From: Sideroxydans sp.
GTDB lineage: Bacteria > Pseudomonadota > Gammaproteobacteria > Burkholderiales > Gallionellaceae
Direction: 5' to 3'
Assembly: GCA_024636935.1 (NCBI GenBank)
Contig: JAGXGC010000004.1
Location: 17,287-81,286 of the forward strand
Length of the DNA stretch: 64,000 bases
Below the pieces are notes generated by a model. It was not told where the DNA came from. It made no database searches and saw nothing but the letters and a program-made list of their open reading frames with translations. A program made the translations under genes and the position numbers. Of the stretch, positions 51,933-60,936 are shown in pieces (within the stretch, counting starts at the first letter, position 1; every line of letters begins with the position of its first letter).

Positions 51933-54900
51933 ATGCTTAGCAAGAAAGTCCCAAGCAAAAAGAGCATAGCGCCAGTACGCAAAACGGTGCGCGCCGAGAA
52001 AGATGCAGCGCCTGTCGGCGAGGACAGTACGCTGAATCAGCGTCCTCTATCGCCCTTCCCCGTCGTCGGTCTGGGCGCTTCAGCCGGCGGCTTGGAAGCC
52101 TTCGAGCAGTTCTTCCAGCATGTGGCACCGGATAGCGGCATGGCCTATGTGCTGGTGTCTCATCTCGCGCCCGACCACGTGAGCATCCTCACCGAGATCA
52201 TGCAACGCAATACCCGCATCACAGTAACGGAAGCAGAAGATCAAATGGTCATCGCGCCAAACAATGTCTACGTGATTCCGCCCAATCGTGACATGACGAT
52301 ATTCAATGGCACACTACAACTCAGCCTGCCCGACCAACCGCATGGGCAGCGCATGCCCATTGATTCATTCCTGCGCACACTGGCAGAAGACCAAGGTGAA
52401 AAATCCTTCGGCATCATCCTTTCCGGTACCGGCAGCGATGGCACATTGGGGCTGCGCGCCATCCTCGGTGCGGGCGGCGTGACACTGGTGCAGGAGCCGA
52501 GCAGTGCCAAATTCGACGGCATGCCGACCAGCGCCATCAAGGCAGGTTATGCCACGCAAGTCTTGCCGCCGGAGCAGATGCCGCAAGCCTTGTTGGAGTC
52601 GACCCGCCACCAAGTCTTTCAACCGAAGCAGCTCCCAACCGTCACTGCCACGAATCAAGCCGGGGGGACGAATCGCATCCTGATGCAGATGCGCACGGCC
52701 ACCGGGCACGATTTCTCGCAATACAAGAAAAGCACTATCGGCCGCCGTATCGAGCGACGCATGTCACAACACGACATCACCGACATCGAGGTCTATGCGC
52801 GCTATCTGAAAGAACATCCCGACGAGATACAAGTGCTGTTCAAAGAGTTGCTCATCAATGTCACCAGCTTCTTTCGCGACCCGGAGGCATTCGATGCCTT
52901 GCGCAATGAGATCTTGCCCCAGCTTTTCCAGAACAAACCGGAAAACTACGTGTTTCGCGTCTGGGTGGCAGGTTGCGCCAGTGGCGAAGAGGCATACTCT
53001 ATCGCCATCTTGTTGCGCGAATTGATGAAAGATCGCAAATCGGAATTCAAGATACAGATCTACGCAACCGACCTTGACGATGATGCGATCGCCATTGCGC
53101 GTGCAGGCCTCTACCCCCCAAATATCGTGCAAGACATGAGCGCCGAACGACTACGCCGCTTTTTCAGCAAAGAGGAAGCGGGCTATCGCGTGAAGAAAGA
53201 GATTCGCGAGATGGTGGTGTTCGCGGTACAAAACGTCATCAAAGACCCGCCGTTCACCAAACTGGACCTGCTGTGTTGCCGCAATCTGATGATCTATCTC
53301 GAAGCGGATCTGCAAAGCAGGCTCATCCCAGCGTTCCATTTCGCCCTAAAACCCGGCGGGGTGTTGTTCCTTTCGCCATCGGAAAGTATCGGCAACCACA
53401 CCGACCTATTCAAACCGCTCCATCGAAAATGGAAGTTGTATGGTGCCACGCCCTCCATCGCCTCGACCCGTGCGATGTTGGCTGATGGCATGAACTGGTC
53501 AGCGGATAAAACAGGAAAAGCAGCGGAGACTAAGATGTCGAATAACAAGCCAGGATTATTTTCGGAACTCGCCAAGCAGCAACTATTGCAGTCCTATGCC
53601 CCTGCTTCTGTGGTGACCAACCCCAAGGGGGATCTGCTTTACGTGCATGGCGAGATCGGCAGGTTCCTGCGCCCGGCACCGGGTGAAGTCTCGCTCAACA
53701 TCGTCGACATGACACGCGATGAGATGCAGGCCCCGCTACGCATCGCCATCCACAAAGCTGAGAAAACAGGCGAACCGACACTGGACCACAAAGTCGAGCT
53801 AAAAGTGAATGGTGAAGTCCACCATGTATGTTTCAGTCTGCGTTCATTGCCGGGTGCGGAAATAGAGCATGGTTACTTATTGGTGAGTTTCCAGGCACTG
53901 GAAGATGATGTCCCTGAAAAAACAGCCCTAGGAAAAAAGAGACTCGCCAAGTCATTCAGAGGTTCGGCTGCGACTGCGCGTATTGAAGAACTGGAAGGTG
54001 AACTGAAAAACACCAAGGAGAATCTGCGATCCACCATTGAGGATCATCAAGCTTCCAACGACGAACTGAAATCGATCAACGAGGAGATGCAATCTACCAA
54101 TGAGGAGTTGCAATCCACCAATGAAGAATTGGAGACGTCCAAAGAGGAGATGCAATCTGTGAACGAGGAGTTGATCACCGTCAATACCGAGTTGCAGTCA
54201 AAGATCGAACAATTGGCCGGCATGCAGAATGACATGAAGAACCTGCTCGACAATATCAATGTCGGCACCGTTTTCCTCGACAACAAATTTAACATCAAAC
54301 GTTTTACGCGTGACGCGACAGCGATCTATCGCTTCGTCACCTCCGACATCGGTCGCGCCTTGAACGATATCAAGTCGAATCTGGAAGAGGATGAACTACT
54401 GGCAGATGCGCAAGCAGTGCTGGATGACTTGACGACACGTGAACGCGAGGTGAGAACGCTAGCCGGCGACTGGTATGCGGTACGGATCCAGCCCTACCGT
54501 ACGTTGGACAATGTGATCGAGGGCGTGGTCATCAATTTCACCAATATCAATCAACGCGTCGCTTCCGATTCAGCCATCAAAGAAGCGCGCATGCTGGCCG
54601 AAGGGATCGTGGATACCGTGCGCGATCCACTGGTGGTATTGGACGATAGTTTGAAAGTCATCTCTGCCAGCCGCTCGTTCTATCAGCGTTTCAGGGTCAG
54701 TGAGAAAGCGACCATAGGAAAACTCATCTACGACTTGGGAAACCATCAATGGGACATTCCAGATCTACGCCAACTATTGGAAAAGATCCTGCCCGATAGC
54801 CAAAGCTTTGATGACTTTGCAGTCGAGCATGATTTCCCCGAGATCGGCCACCACAAGATGTTGCTCAATGCGCGTCGCATCATCGATGCCAATGGGAAAA

Positions 54901-54938
54901 CACAGATGATCCTGCTGTCGATGCAGGCTATCGAATGA
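51933..54938 (+). CDS. CheB/CheR fusion protein with coiled coil and PAS domains
   Basis: CheB triad context (GASAGG, VSHL, SGTGSDG), CheR (INVTSFFRD, WVAGCASGEEAYS, CRNLMIY), a NEELQS heptad tract and two PAS-like domains. Confidence 0.94.
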   Translation: MLSKKVPSKKSIAPVRKTVRAEKDAAPVGEDSTLNQRPLSPFPVVGLGASAGGLEAFEQFFQHVAPDSGMAYVLVSHLAPDHVSILTEIMQRNTRITVTEAEDQMVIAPNNVYVIPPNRDMTIFNGTLQLSLPDQPHGQRMPIDSFLRTLAEDQGEKSFGIILSGTGSDGTLGLRAILGAGGVTLVQEPSSAKFDGMPTSAIKAGYATQVLPPEQMPQALLESTRHQVFQPKQLPTVTATNQAGGTNRILMQMRTATGHDFSQYKKSTIGRRIERRMSQHDITDIEVYARYLKEHPDEIQVLFKELLINVTSFFRDPEAFDALRNEILPQLFQNKPENYVFRVWVAGCASGEEAYSIAILLRELMKDRKSEFKIQIYATDLDDDAIAIARAGLYPPNIVQDMSAERLRRFFSKEEAGYRVKKEIREMVVFAVQNVIKDPPFTKLDLLCCRNLMIYLEADLQSRLIPAFHFALKPGGVLFLSPSESIGNHTDLFKPLHRKWKLYGATPSIASTRAMLADGMNWSADKTGKAAETKMSNNKPGLFSELAKQQLLQSYAPASVVTNPKGDLLYVHGEIGRFLRPAPGEVSLNIVDMTRDEMQAPLRIAIHKAEKTGEPTLDHKVELKVNGEVHHVCFSLRSLPGAEIEHGYLLVSFQALEDDVPEKTALGKKRLAKSFRGSAATARIEELEGELKNTKENLRSTIEDHQASNDELKSINEEMQSTNEELQSTNEELETSKEEMQSVNEELITVNTELQSKIEQLAGMQNDMKNLLDNINVGTVFLDNKFNIKRFTRDATAIYRFVTSDIGRALNDIKSNLEEDELLADAQAVLDDLTTREREVRTLAGDWYAVRIQPYRTLDNVIEGVVINFTNINQRVASDSAIKEARMLAEGIVDTVRDPLVVLDDSLKVISASRSFYQRFRVSEKATIGKLIYDLGNHQWDIPDLRQLLEKILPDSQSFDDFAVEHDFPEIGHHKMLLNARRIIDANGKTQMILLSMQAIE

Positions 54939-54942
54939 ATGT

Positions 54943-56763
54943 ATGCCAGCCATGAGCGAATCCCATCCATCTGATGTGCTAAGAAAAATGGCGGAGGAGA
55001 AGCTCGCTCATGAAAATGACGATTCCTCACCACCCCGCTCTGCCGAGGAATTGTTGCACGAACTTCAAGTGCATCAAATCGAACTGGAGATGCAGAACGA
55101 GGAATTGCGTCATGCGCAGATAGCGCTGGAGATCGCTCGAGATCGCTATGTCGATCTTTATGAGTTCGCACCAGTCGGCTATCTCACCCTTTCGCACGAT
55201 TCAAAAATCAACTCCATCAATCTGAATGGCTCGTCCATGCTGGGCGAAGATCGGAAAAAACTACTCCATCGTAGTTTTTCGAATTTGGTCGCACCGGAAC
55301 ATCATGATTGCTGGCTAGGGTTTTTTTCCGATGCACTGGAAGCAATAGATAAGCAGACTTGTGAACTCACTCTGCAGCACGCAGATGGCAAACGTATCGA
55401 AGTGCGTCTGGATTGCTTGCGCATCAAAACAGATGATGCCGATACAGAATTACGCATCGCACTCACAGACGTATCAGAACAGAAGCGTTTAGCGCATGTA
55501 TTGGAGGATAACAACGCCGACCTCTCCAGAGCCAAATCGCTGGCGGACAAAGCGAATCTCGCCAAATCTGATTTCATCTCCAGCATGAGTCATGAGCTGC
55601 GCAGTCCGCTCAATGCGATATTAGGTTTCGCGCAATTGCTGGAGGCGGGCAATCCTTTGCCCACGCCTTCGCAGAAGGGCCGCATCGAACAGATCATCCA
55701 AGCGGGGTGGTATCTGTTGGGGCTGATCAACGAGATCCTTGACCTCGCCATGATCGAGTCGGGTCGGCACCCCATGAAGATGGAGAACATCTCATTGTCC
55801 GAGGTGTTGCTCGACTGCCAGTCCATGATCGAGCCACAAGCGAAGAAGAAAGGGATTCACATCGATTTTGCGAAGGTGGACGAGCAGTGCTTCGTCTATG
55901 CCGACCGCATTCGCCTGAAGCAGATCCTGATCAACCTGGTGACCAACGCCATCAAATACAACCGACCTGGCGGCGCGGTCAATGTGGCGGTGCAAACAAA
56001 CAGCGACGGGCGTGTGCACATCGGCGTACAGGATAGCGGCGCAGGTCTGTCTGCGGAAAATCTCAAGCAACTGTTTCAGCCTTTCAATCGATTGGGCCAG
56101 CAGACAGGCAGCGAGGAAGGTTCCGGCATCGGACTGGTGCTGAGCAAGCGACTGGTTGAATTGATGGGCGGCCGCATCGGCGTGGAAAGTGTCGTTGGCG
56201 TGGGAAGTGTGTTCTGGATAGAAGTTCACTTGACCGACTCGGCTGAGAGCGATGTCAGCGAGTTTGCTTTGCTCAAACCAGTGCATGATGTTGTTCAAGC
56301 GGCTATCCAAGCCGCCTTCCGCGCCACACCGGAACCGTTTCCACTGATGGTGGCGCCACGCACTGTGCTTTACGTGGAAGACAACCACGCGAACATGATG
56401 CTGATGGAACAGATACTTGAGCGTCAATCGGGTATCAAACTACTCAAGGCAGGCAACGGCGCGAGCGGCATCGCACTGGCGCGCATCCATGTGCCAGATG
56501 TGATTCTGATGGACATCAATCTGCCCGGCATCAGCGGCGTTCAAGCATTGCGCATCTTGCGTGCAGATCCCGCCACTGCCCACATCCCGGTAATCGCGAT
56601 CAGCGCCAACGCGATGCAGCGCGATATCGAAAACGGGCTTGAGGCCGGATTCATGGGTTACATCACCAAACCGATCAAGGTGACCGAATTCATGGAAGTA
56701 TTAGAGACGGCATTGCAACTTTCACAGAAGATTAAAGACGCGAAGAAAGAGGCGGACAAATGA
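54943..56763 (+). CDS. PAS hybrid histidine kinase with receiver
   Basis: LHELQVHQIELEMQNEEL N-terminal coil, PAS, SHELRSPLNAILG, NAIKYN, GIGLVLS and DINLPG. Confidence 0.94.
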   Translation: MPAMSESHPSDVLRKMAEEKLAHENDDSSPPRSAEELLHELQVHQIELEMQNEELRHAQIALEIARDRYVDLYEFAPVGYLTLSHDSKINSINLNGSSMLGEDRKKLLHRSFSNLVAPEHHDCWLGFFSDALEAIDKQTCELTLQHADGKRIEVRLDCLRIKTDDADTELRIALTDVSEQKRLAHVLEDNNADLSRAKSLADKANLAKSDFISSMSHELRSPLNAILGFAQLLEAGNPLPTPSQKGRIEQIIQAGWYLLGLINEILDLAMIESGRHPMKMENISLSEVLLDCQSMIEPQAKKKGIHIDFAKVDEQCFVYADRIRLKQILINLVTNAIKYNRPGGAVNVAVQTNSDGRVHIGVQDSGAGLSAENLKQLFQPFNRLGQQTGSEEGSGIGLVLSKRLVELMGGRIGVESVVGVGSVFWIEVHLTDSAESDVSEFALLKPVHDVVQAAIQAAFRATPEPFPLMVAPRTVLYVEDNHANMMLMEQILERQSGIKLLKAGNGASGIALARIHVPDVILMDINLPGISGVQALRILRADPATAHIPVIAISANAMQRDIENGLEAGFMGYITKPIKVTEFMEVLETALQLSQKIKDAKKEADK

Positions 56764-57713
56764 TCAGCGCTCAGGACATCTTGAACGCAAAGATTCTGAT
56801 CGTTGATGATCGGCAGACCAATGTGACATTGCTTGAGGATGTGTTGCACGAAGAAGGATACCTTCACGTAACGGCTACATTTGATCCCAGTGCTGTATGT
56901 GGGCTTCATCACGCCAATAATTTCGATCTGATCCTTCTGGATATTGAGATGCCAGGCATGGACGGCTTCGAAGTGATGAAAGCGCTACAAGAGATCAACT
57001 GCCACGGCTACGCCCCGATCTTGGTGATCACGGCACATGCGGAATACAAGCTCAAGGCGCTGGCATCCGGCGCAAAGGATTTCGTCTCACAGCCGTTAAA
57101 TATCACCGAAGTCCGGACACGCATCCGCAATATGCTGGAGGTGCGCCTGCTCTTCATGCAACTTGAGCAATCCAATCAGACACTGGGATATCTTGCGTTG
57201 CATGATGGCCTAACAGGTCTACCGAACAGACGGCTGATGTTTGACCGTCTATCGTCGGCCATCTCTCATGCGTACAGAAATGCAAACATGATGGCGGTTT
57301 TATATCTGGATATGGATATGTTCAAGGAGGTCAATGACTGCTTTGGGCACGATGCGGGTGATGTATTGTTGACGGAAATGGGTAGGCGTTTAGAAGCCGC
57401 AGTGCGTCAAGAAGATACGGTGGCACGACTGGGCGGAGATGAATTTGTGCTCGTACTGCCCGAGTTGAAGGAAATAACGGATATAGAGATTTTGATCCCC
57501 AAGTTGATTGCAGCCGTAGCGCGCCCCTGCAACATCTCCGGTACTGACGTAAGCATCACGGCCAGCATCGGGGTCAGCATCTACCCCATGCATGGGGAGT
57601 CGCCTGAAATATTGATAAAGCGCGCCGATATGGCCTTATATAGATCCAAGCATTTGGGTAAGAATAAATATTGCATCGCGTCCGATAATGATTCCGAACA
57701 ATATGGAACGTGA
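56760..57713 (+). CDS. REC-GGDEF diguanylate cyclase
   Basis: DLILLDIEMPGMDG receiver; RLGGDEF. Confidence 0.94.
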   Translation: MISAQDILNAKILIVDDRQTNVTLLEDVLHEEGYLHVTATFDPSAVCGLHHANNFDLILLDIEMPGMDGFEVMKALQEINCHGYAPILVITAHAEYKLKALASGAKDFVSQPLNITEVRTRIRNMLEVRLLFMQLEQSNQTLGYLALHDGLTGLPNRRLMFDRLSSAISHAYRNANMMAVLYLDMDMFKEVNDCFGHDAGDVLLTEMGRRLEAAVRQEDTVARLGGDEFVLVLPELKEITDIEILIPKLIAAVARPCNISGTDVSITASIGVSIYPMHGESPEILIKRADMALYRSKHLGKNKYCIASDNDSEQYGT

Positions 57714-57771
57714 TCAAAGCAGTTCATGCTCTAGGGACGTCGTTTGAACTAATAGCAGGTTGGAGGAATAA

Positions 57772-58620
57772 ATGATAAATAACAAAGAAATATTGAAGGC
57801 TTCGATCCTGATTGTGGATGACCAGCAAGCCAATGTGATGCTTCTGCAAGAGCTGCTGAGTGATACCGGTTATAACAATGTGACTTCGACCACAGATCCG
57901 CATACGGTCTGCGAAATGCATCGTTCCAATCACTACGACCTGATCCTGCTCGATCTTGAAATGCCTGGCAAAGATGGCTTTGAAGTGATGGACGATTTGA
58001 AAACGATGCAGATCGATGACTATATCCCCATCTTGGTGATCACCGCACAACCCGATCACAAACTGCGCGCCCTTTCTTCCGGCGCCAAGGACTTCATTGC
58101 CAAGCCTTTAGACTTGGTCGAGGTTAAGACGCGTATCCATAACATGCTGGAAGTACGCTTGTTGTACAAAAAACTTGCGGTTTACAACAAGGAACTGGAG
58201 CAGAAAGTCGAGATTCGCACGGCGGAACTGCGAGAAAGCGAAACACGTTTCCGCCGTTTGGCCGAGTTGTCTTCAGACTGGTATTGGGAGCAGGACGAGA
58301 ACGGTCATTTCACCAAGGTGTATGGCCCTGCACTTGAGATGCTGGGCGTTCAGGAAGGTGATGCAACAGCGCAAAAAAGAGAAGACCAAGGCGCCTATTG
58401 GAGCGAGTCCAAACAGAAGATGCTGGATGAATTCATCTCCGCCAGAAAACCTTTCATCGATTTCGTGTATGACCGGAAAAAACCTGACGGCACGATTCAA
58501 CATTTGATGGTGAGCGGCGAGCCGATGTTCGACCCGACGGGCTCTTTCATCGGATATCGGGGTATCGGCAAGGATGTGACAGAGTCGATCAATCTAAAAA
58601 ATACACAGCCTCACTCTTGA
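57772..58620 (+). CDS. REC-PAS response regulator without output domain
   Basis: Receiver paralogous to that of 56760..57713, followed by a SSDWYWEQD PAS domain. Confidence 0.88.
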   Translation: MINNKEILKASILIVDDQQANVMLLQELLSDTGYNNVTSTTDPHTVCEMHRSNHYDLILLDLEMPGKDGFEVMDDLKTMQIDDYIPILVITAQPDHKLRALSSGAKDFIAKPLDLVEVKTRIHNMLEVRLLYKKLAVYNKELEQKVEIRTAELRESETRFRRLAELSSDWYWEQDENGHFTKVYGPALEMLGVQEGDATAQKREDQGAYWSESKQKMLDEFISARKPFIDFVYDRKKPDGTIQHLMVSGEPMFDPTGSFIGYRGIGKDVTESINLKNTQPHS

Positions 58621-58650
58621 CGCCAGAAACCCATTCGATACTTCTCTTGC

Positions 58651-58676
58651 GGATCAGCGCTAGCTAGCGCTGATCC
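58651..58676. terminator. Perfect 26 bp palindrome between convergent genes
   Basis: ggatcagcgctagctagcgctgatcc, followed by a second hairpin ttgagc...gctcaa. Confidence 0.55.
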
Positions 58677-58709
58677 CAGCTTGAGCGAGGCGAGAGCTCA
58701 AACTTCAGA

Positions 58710-59759
58710 TTACTTTGCCACATTCGAGTCCTTAGCGATCCATTGTTGCATCAGATTCAATCCCACAGCCAACAAGGTTGGGCCGATGAAGATACCGACG
58801 AATCCAAAGGCGAACACGCCGCCCATCACGCCCAGCAGCAATATGATGAATGGCAGTTGAATACCACGGCTGAGCAAGAGTGGTAACAACACATTGTCCA
58901 CGCCGCTGATCAGAATCGTGCCCCATAGCAGCATAAAGAATGCCCAGCCGACCTCGCCTTGAAAGAATAGCCAGATAGCAGCACCACCCCAGATGAGCGG
59001 CGGACCGATGGGTAGCAAAGCCAGCAGCGCGGTGGCGATTCCCAGTAGCAATGCAGCCGGAACCCCTGCCATCGCGAATCCGATAGTTGCGACAATACCC
59101 TGCGCAAGTGAAGTGCCGAGCAAGCCATACATCACACTGCGCACTGTATCTTTGATGATTGAAGCGATCTCTTTCGCATGCCTACCGACCACCCGCTGCC
59201 CTACGCCCTGGATGAACTGCATGAATTCGACGCCATTGCGATAGAAGAAGAAGCTCACGAATGCAGCGAGGCTCATCTCTACAACACCCTGCCCCAGCAC
59301 GATGCCGCTCGCGATCAATATTTCCTTGGTCGACTCCAGTACTTTTTGGGTAAGCGCCGCCATGTCTTCCCGGTTTGAGGCCAGACCACTCCAATAATCA
59401 TGTAAATCCTCGCCCACCATGGGTATGGTTGCAACCCACTTCGGCGGCTCCAGCGGGCCGCGTTGAATGATATCGCCGATGAATGCATAAAGAGACATCA
59501 CGTTGTCGCTGTGACTGTATGCGATGAGTGCGAGGGGGATGATCACGACGAGTACTAGCGCCAATGTCATCGTTGTGGCGGCCCAATTCTTCCTGCCTTT
59601 GAAGCGCCTCAATAGCCATTCATACAGCGGCCAACTGGAGATGCACACCACTGCGGCCATCAGTGCCGCCACCAGAAAAGGTTTAAGCACCACAAAGCAG
59701 CCTGCCGCCAGAATGAACACAGCGAGAAGTTTGGCGAGTTGTTCGATTCTATTTTCCAT
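58710..59759 (-). CDS. AI-2E family transporter
   Basis: ALLPIGPPLIWGG, SGVDNVLLP and GFVGIFIGPTLLA; start reassigned to MENRIE. Confidence 0.92.
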   Translation of the reverse strand: MENRIEQLAKLLAVFILAAGCFVVLKPFLVAALMAAVVCISSWPLYEWLLRRFKGRKNWAATTMTLALVLVVIIPLALIAYSHSDNVMSLYAFIGDIIQRGPLEPPKWVATIPMVGEDLHDYWSGLASNREDMAALTQKVLESTKEILIASGIVLGQGVVEMSLAAFVSFFFYRNGVEFMQFIQGVGQRVVGRHAKEIASIIKDTVRSVMYGLLGTSLAQGIVATIGFAMAGVPAALLLGIATALLALLPIGPPLIWGGAAIWLFFQGEVGWAFFMLLWGTILISGVDNVLLPLLLSRGIQLPFIILLLGVMGGVFAFGFVGIFIGPTLLAVGLNLMQQWIAKDSNVAK

Positions 59760-59784
59760 TTTGCCTATCTTGTTACATGATCCG

Positions 59785-59814
59785 AAAACAAAACGCCCGC
59801 AATGAAGCGGGCGT
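59785..59814 (-). terminator. Rho-independent terminator after the LapA-domain gene
   Basis: acgcccgc-aatgaa-gcgggcgt hairpin with a T-rich tract on the minus strand. Confidence 0.7.
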
Positions 59815-59841
59815 CTGCAATTCAATATCAGCGTGCGCCGT

Positions 59842-60066
59842 TCATGGCAGATACACCTGCTTGCTCTTCTTCCGATGCACCATGAAAGCATGTGTGAACC
59901 AGCCAATTACGAAGCCAAGCAACAGGGTGAAAAAAATCAACAGTGCACGTGATGTCGTCGCCTTCCAGTACAGAAAATCGACTTGAACCGGCACGATGTT
60001 CTGGGTCACAAACACGACTGCCAGAATCGACAGCAGCAGGATAAGTGCGAGTTTCAGATCCAACAT
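59842..60066 (-). CDS. LapA (DUF1049) domain small membrane protein
   Basis: VFVTQNIVPVQVDFLYW...LIFFTLLLGFVIGW. Confidence 0.82.
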   Translation of the reverse strand: MLDLKLALILLLSILAVVFVTQNIVPVQVDFLYWKATTSRALLIFFTLLLGFVIGWFTHAFMVHRKKSKQVYLP

Positions 60067-60108
60067 TGGGCCTTCTCCTTCAAATGCAGTAATGAAGTTG
60101 AACCACGT

Positions 60109-60396
60109 TCATTTGAACTTGGCATGCGCGTCTGCCATGCCAGACTTCAAGTCATCCCATACTTTATCTGCCGTGACTTTGACGTCATCCCAAGCTTCAG
60201 CACTGGCCGTGCCCATTTCTTTCAACTTCTCGGACGCGGTACGTTGCTTTAGTCTTAAAGATTGCATCATTTCCGCATGCTGTACCTTCAAGTCTGCGCC
60301 AGCGTTCTCAGCCTTGGCTTCGAGCAGTTTGAGTTGCGCGCCCCACTCTTTCAACTGAGCTGATTTCTTTTGTTTGTAAGCTTCCTGGATGTCCAT
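60109..60396 (-). CDS. Small coiled-coil stress-associated protein
   Basis: AQLKEWGAQLKLLEAKA...AWDDVK...WDDLK pattern, common beside BON/CsbD-type genes. Confidence 0.8.
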   Translation of the reverse strand: MDIQEAYKQKKSAQLKEWGAQLKLLEAKAENAGADLKVQHAEMMQSLRLKQRTASEKLKEMGTASAEAWDDVKVTADKVWDDLKSGMADAHAKFK

Positions 60397-60439
60397 GATG
60401 TTCTCCGGTCTTAGACGACATTAGGTTATAAGTTTTATT

Positions 60440-60856
60440 TTATTTCTTGACGACCAGGTTGTTGTTCACCGAACTGACGCCGGCTACTGCACCGGACAAA
60501 CCGTTTGCCATATCACTGTTCGCTTGTGTATCGACAGAACCAGACAAGGTCACGACACCTTTGACTGTCTTAACACTGATCTGCAAAGTCTTCAGGCCTG
60601 GCTCGGCAAGGATGGCCGCTTTGATCTTGGTGGTGATCGCTGCGTCTTCCATGGCGACAGTGGTTTTATCGCCCTCTTTGGATACTGCATCCACGACGTC
60701 GTTACTCATCTTCTCCATCTTGTTTCCCGCCGCGTCCATCTTTTGATCGATGGTCTTGCCTGCTGATTCGGCAGGACCCGGCTTGTCACAAGCGGCTAGG
60801 CCTGCGATAACGAACAGCGACAGCAGGACTGTATTTATTTTGTGCGAGACTTTCAT
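60440..60856 (-). CDS. BON domain lipoprotein (OsmY-like)
   Basis: Lipobox LAAC; DAAITTKIKAAIL...GVVTLSGSV...VNNNL. Confidence 0.92.
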   Translation of the reverse strand: MKVSHKINTVLLSLFVIAGLAACDKPGPAESAGKTIDQKMDAAGNKMEKMSNDVVDAVSKEGDKTTVAMEDAAITTKIKAAILAEPGLKTLQISVKTVKGVVTLSGSVDTQANSDMANGLSGAVAGVSSVNNNLVVKK

Positions 60857-60936
60857 TTGATAACCTCTCTAATGTATTCAATTTATGCAAAGGATTTGTA
60901 GCGCATCGATACCGGCATCTCAGCCGGGCCCGATGT

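Noticed and set aside
54050-54180. Short tandem-like DNA repeats (gaggagatgcaatct, aatgaggag)
   Set aside because: Explained by the NEELQS heptad coding repeat of the CheBR fusion; not a CRISPR or VNTR.
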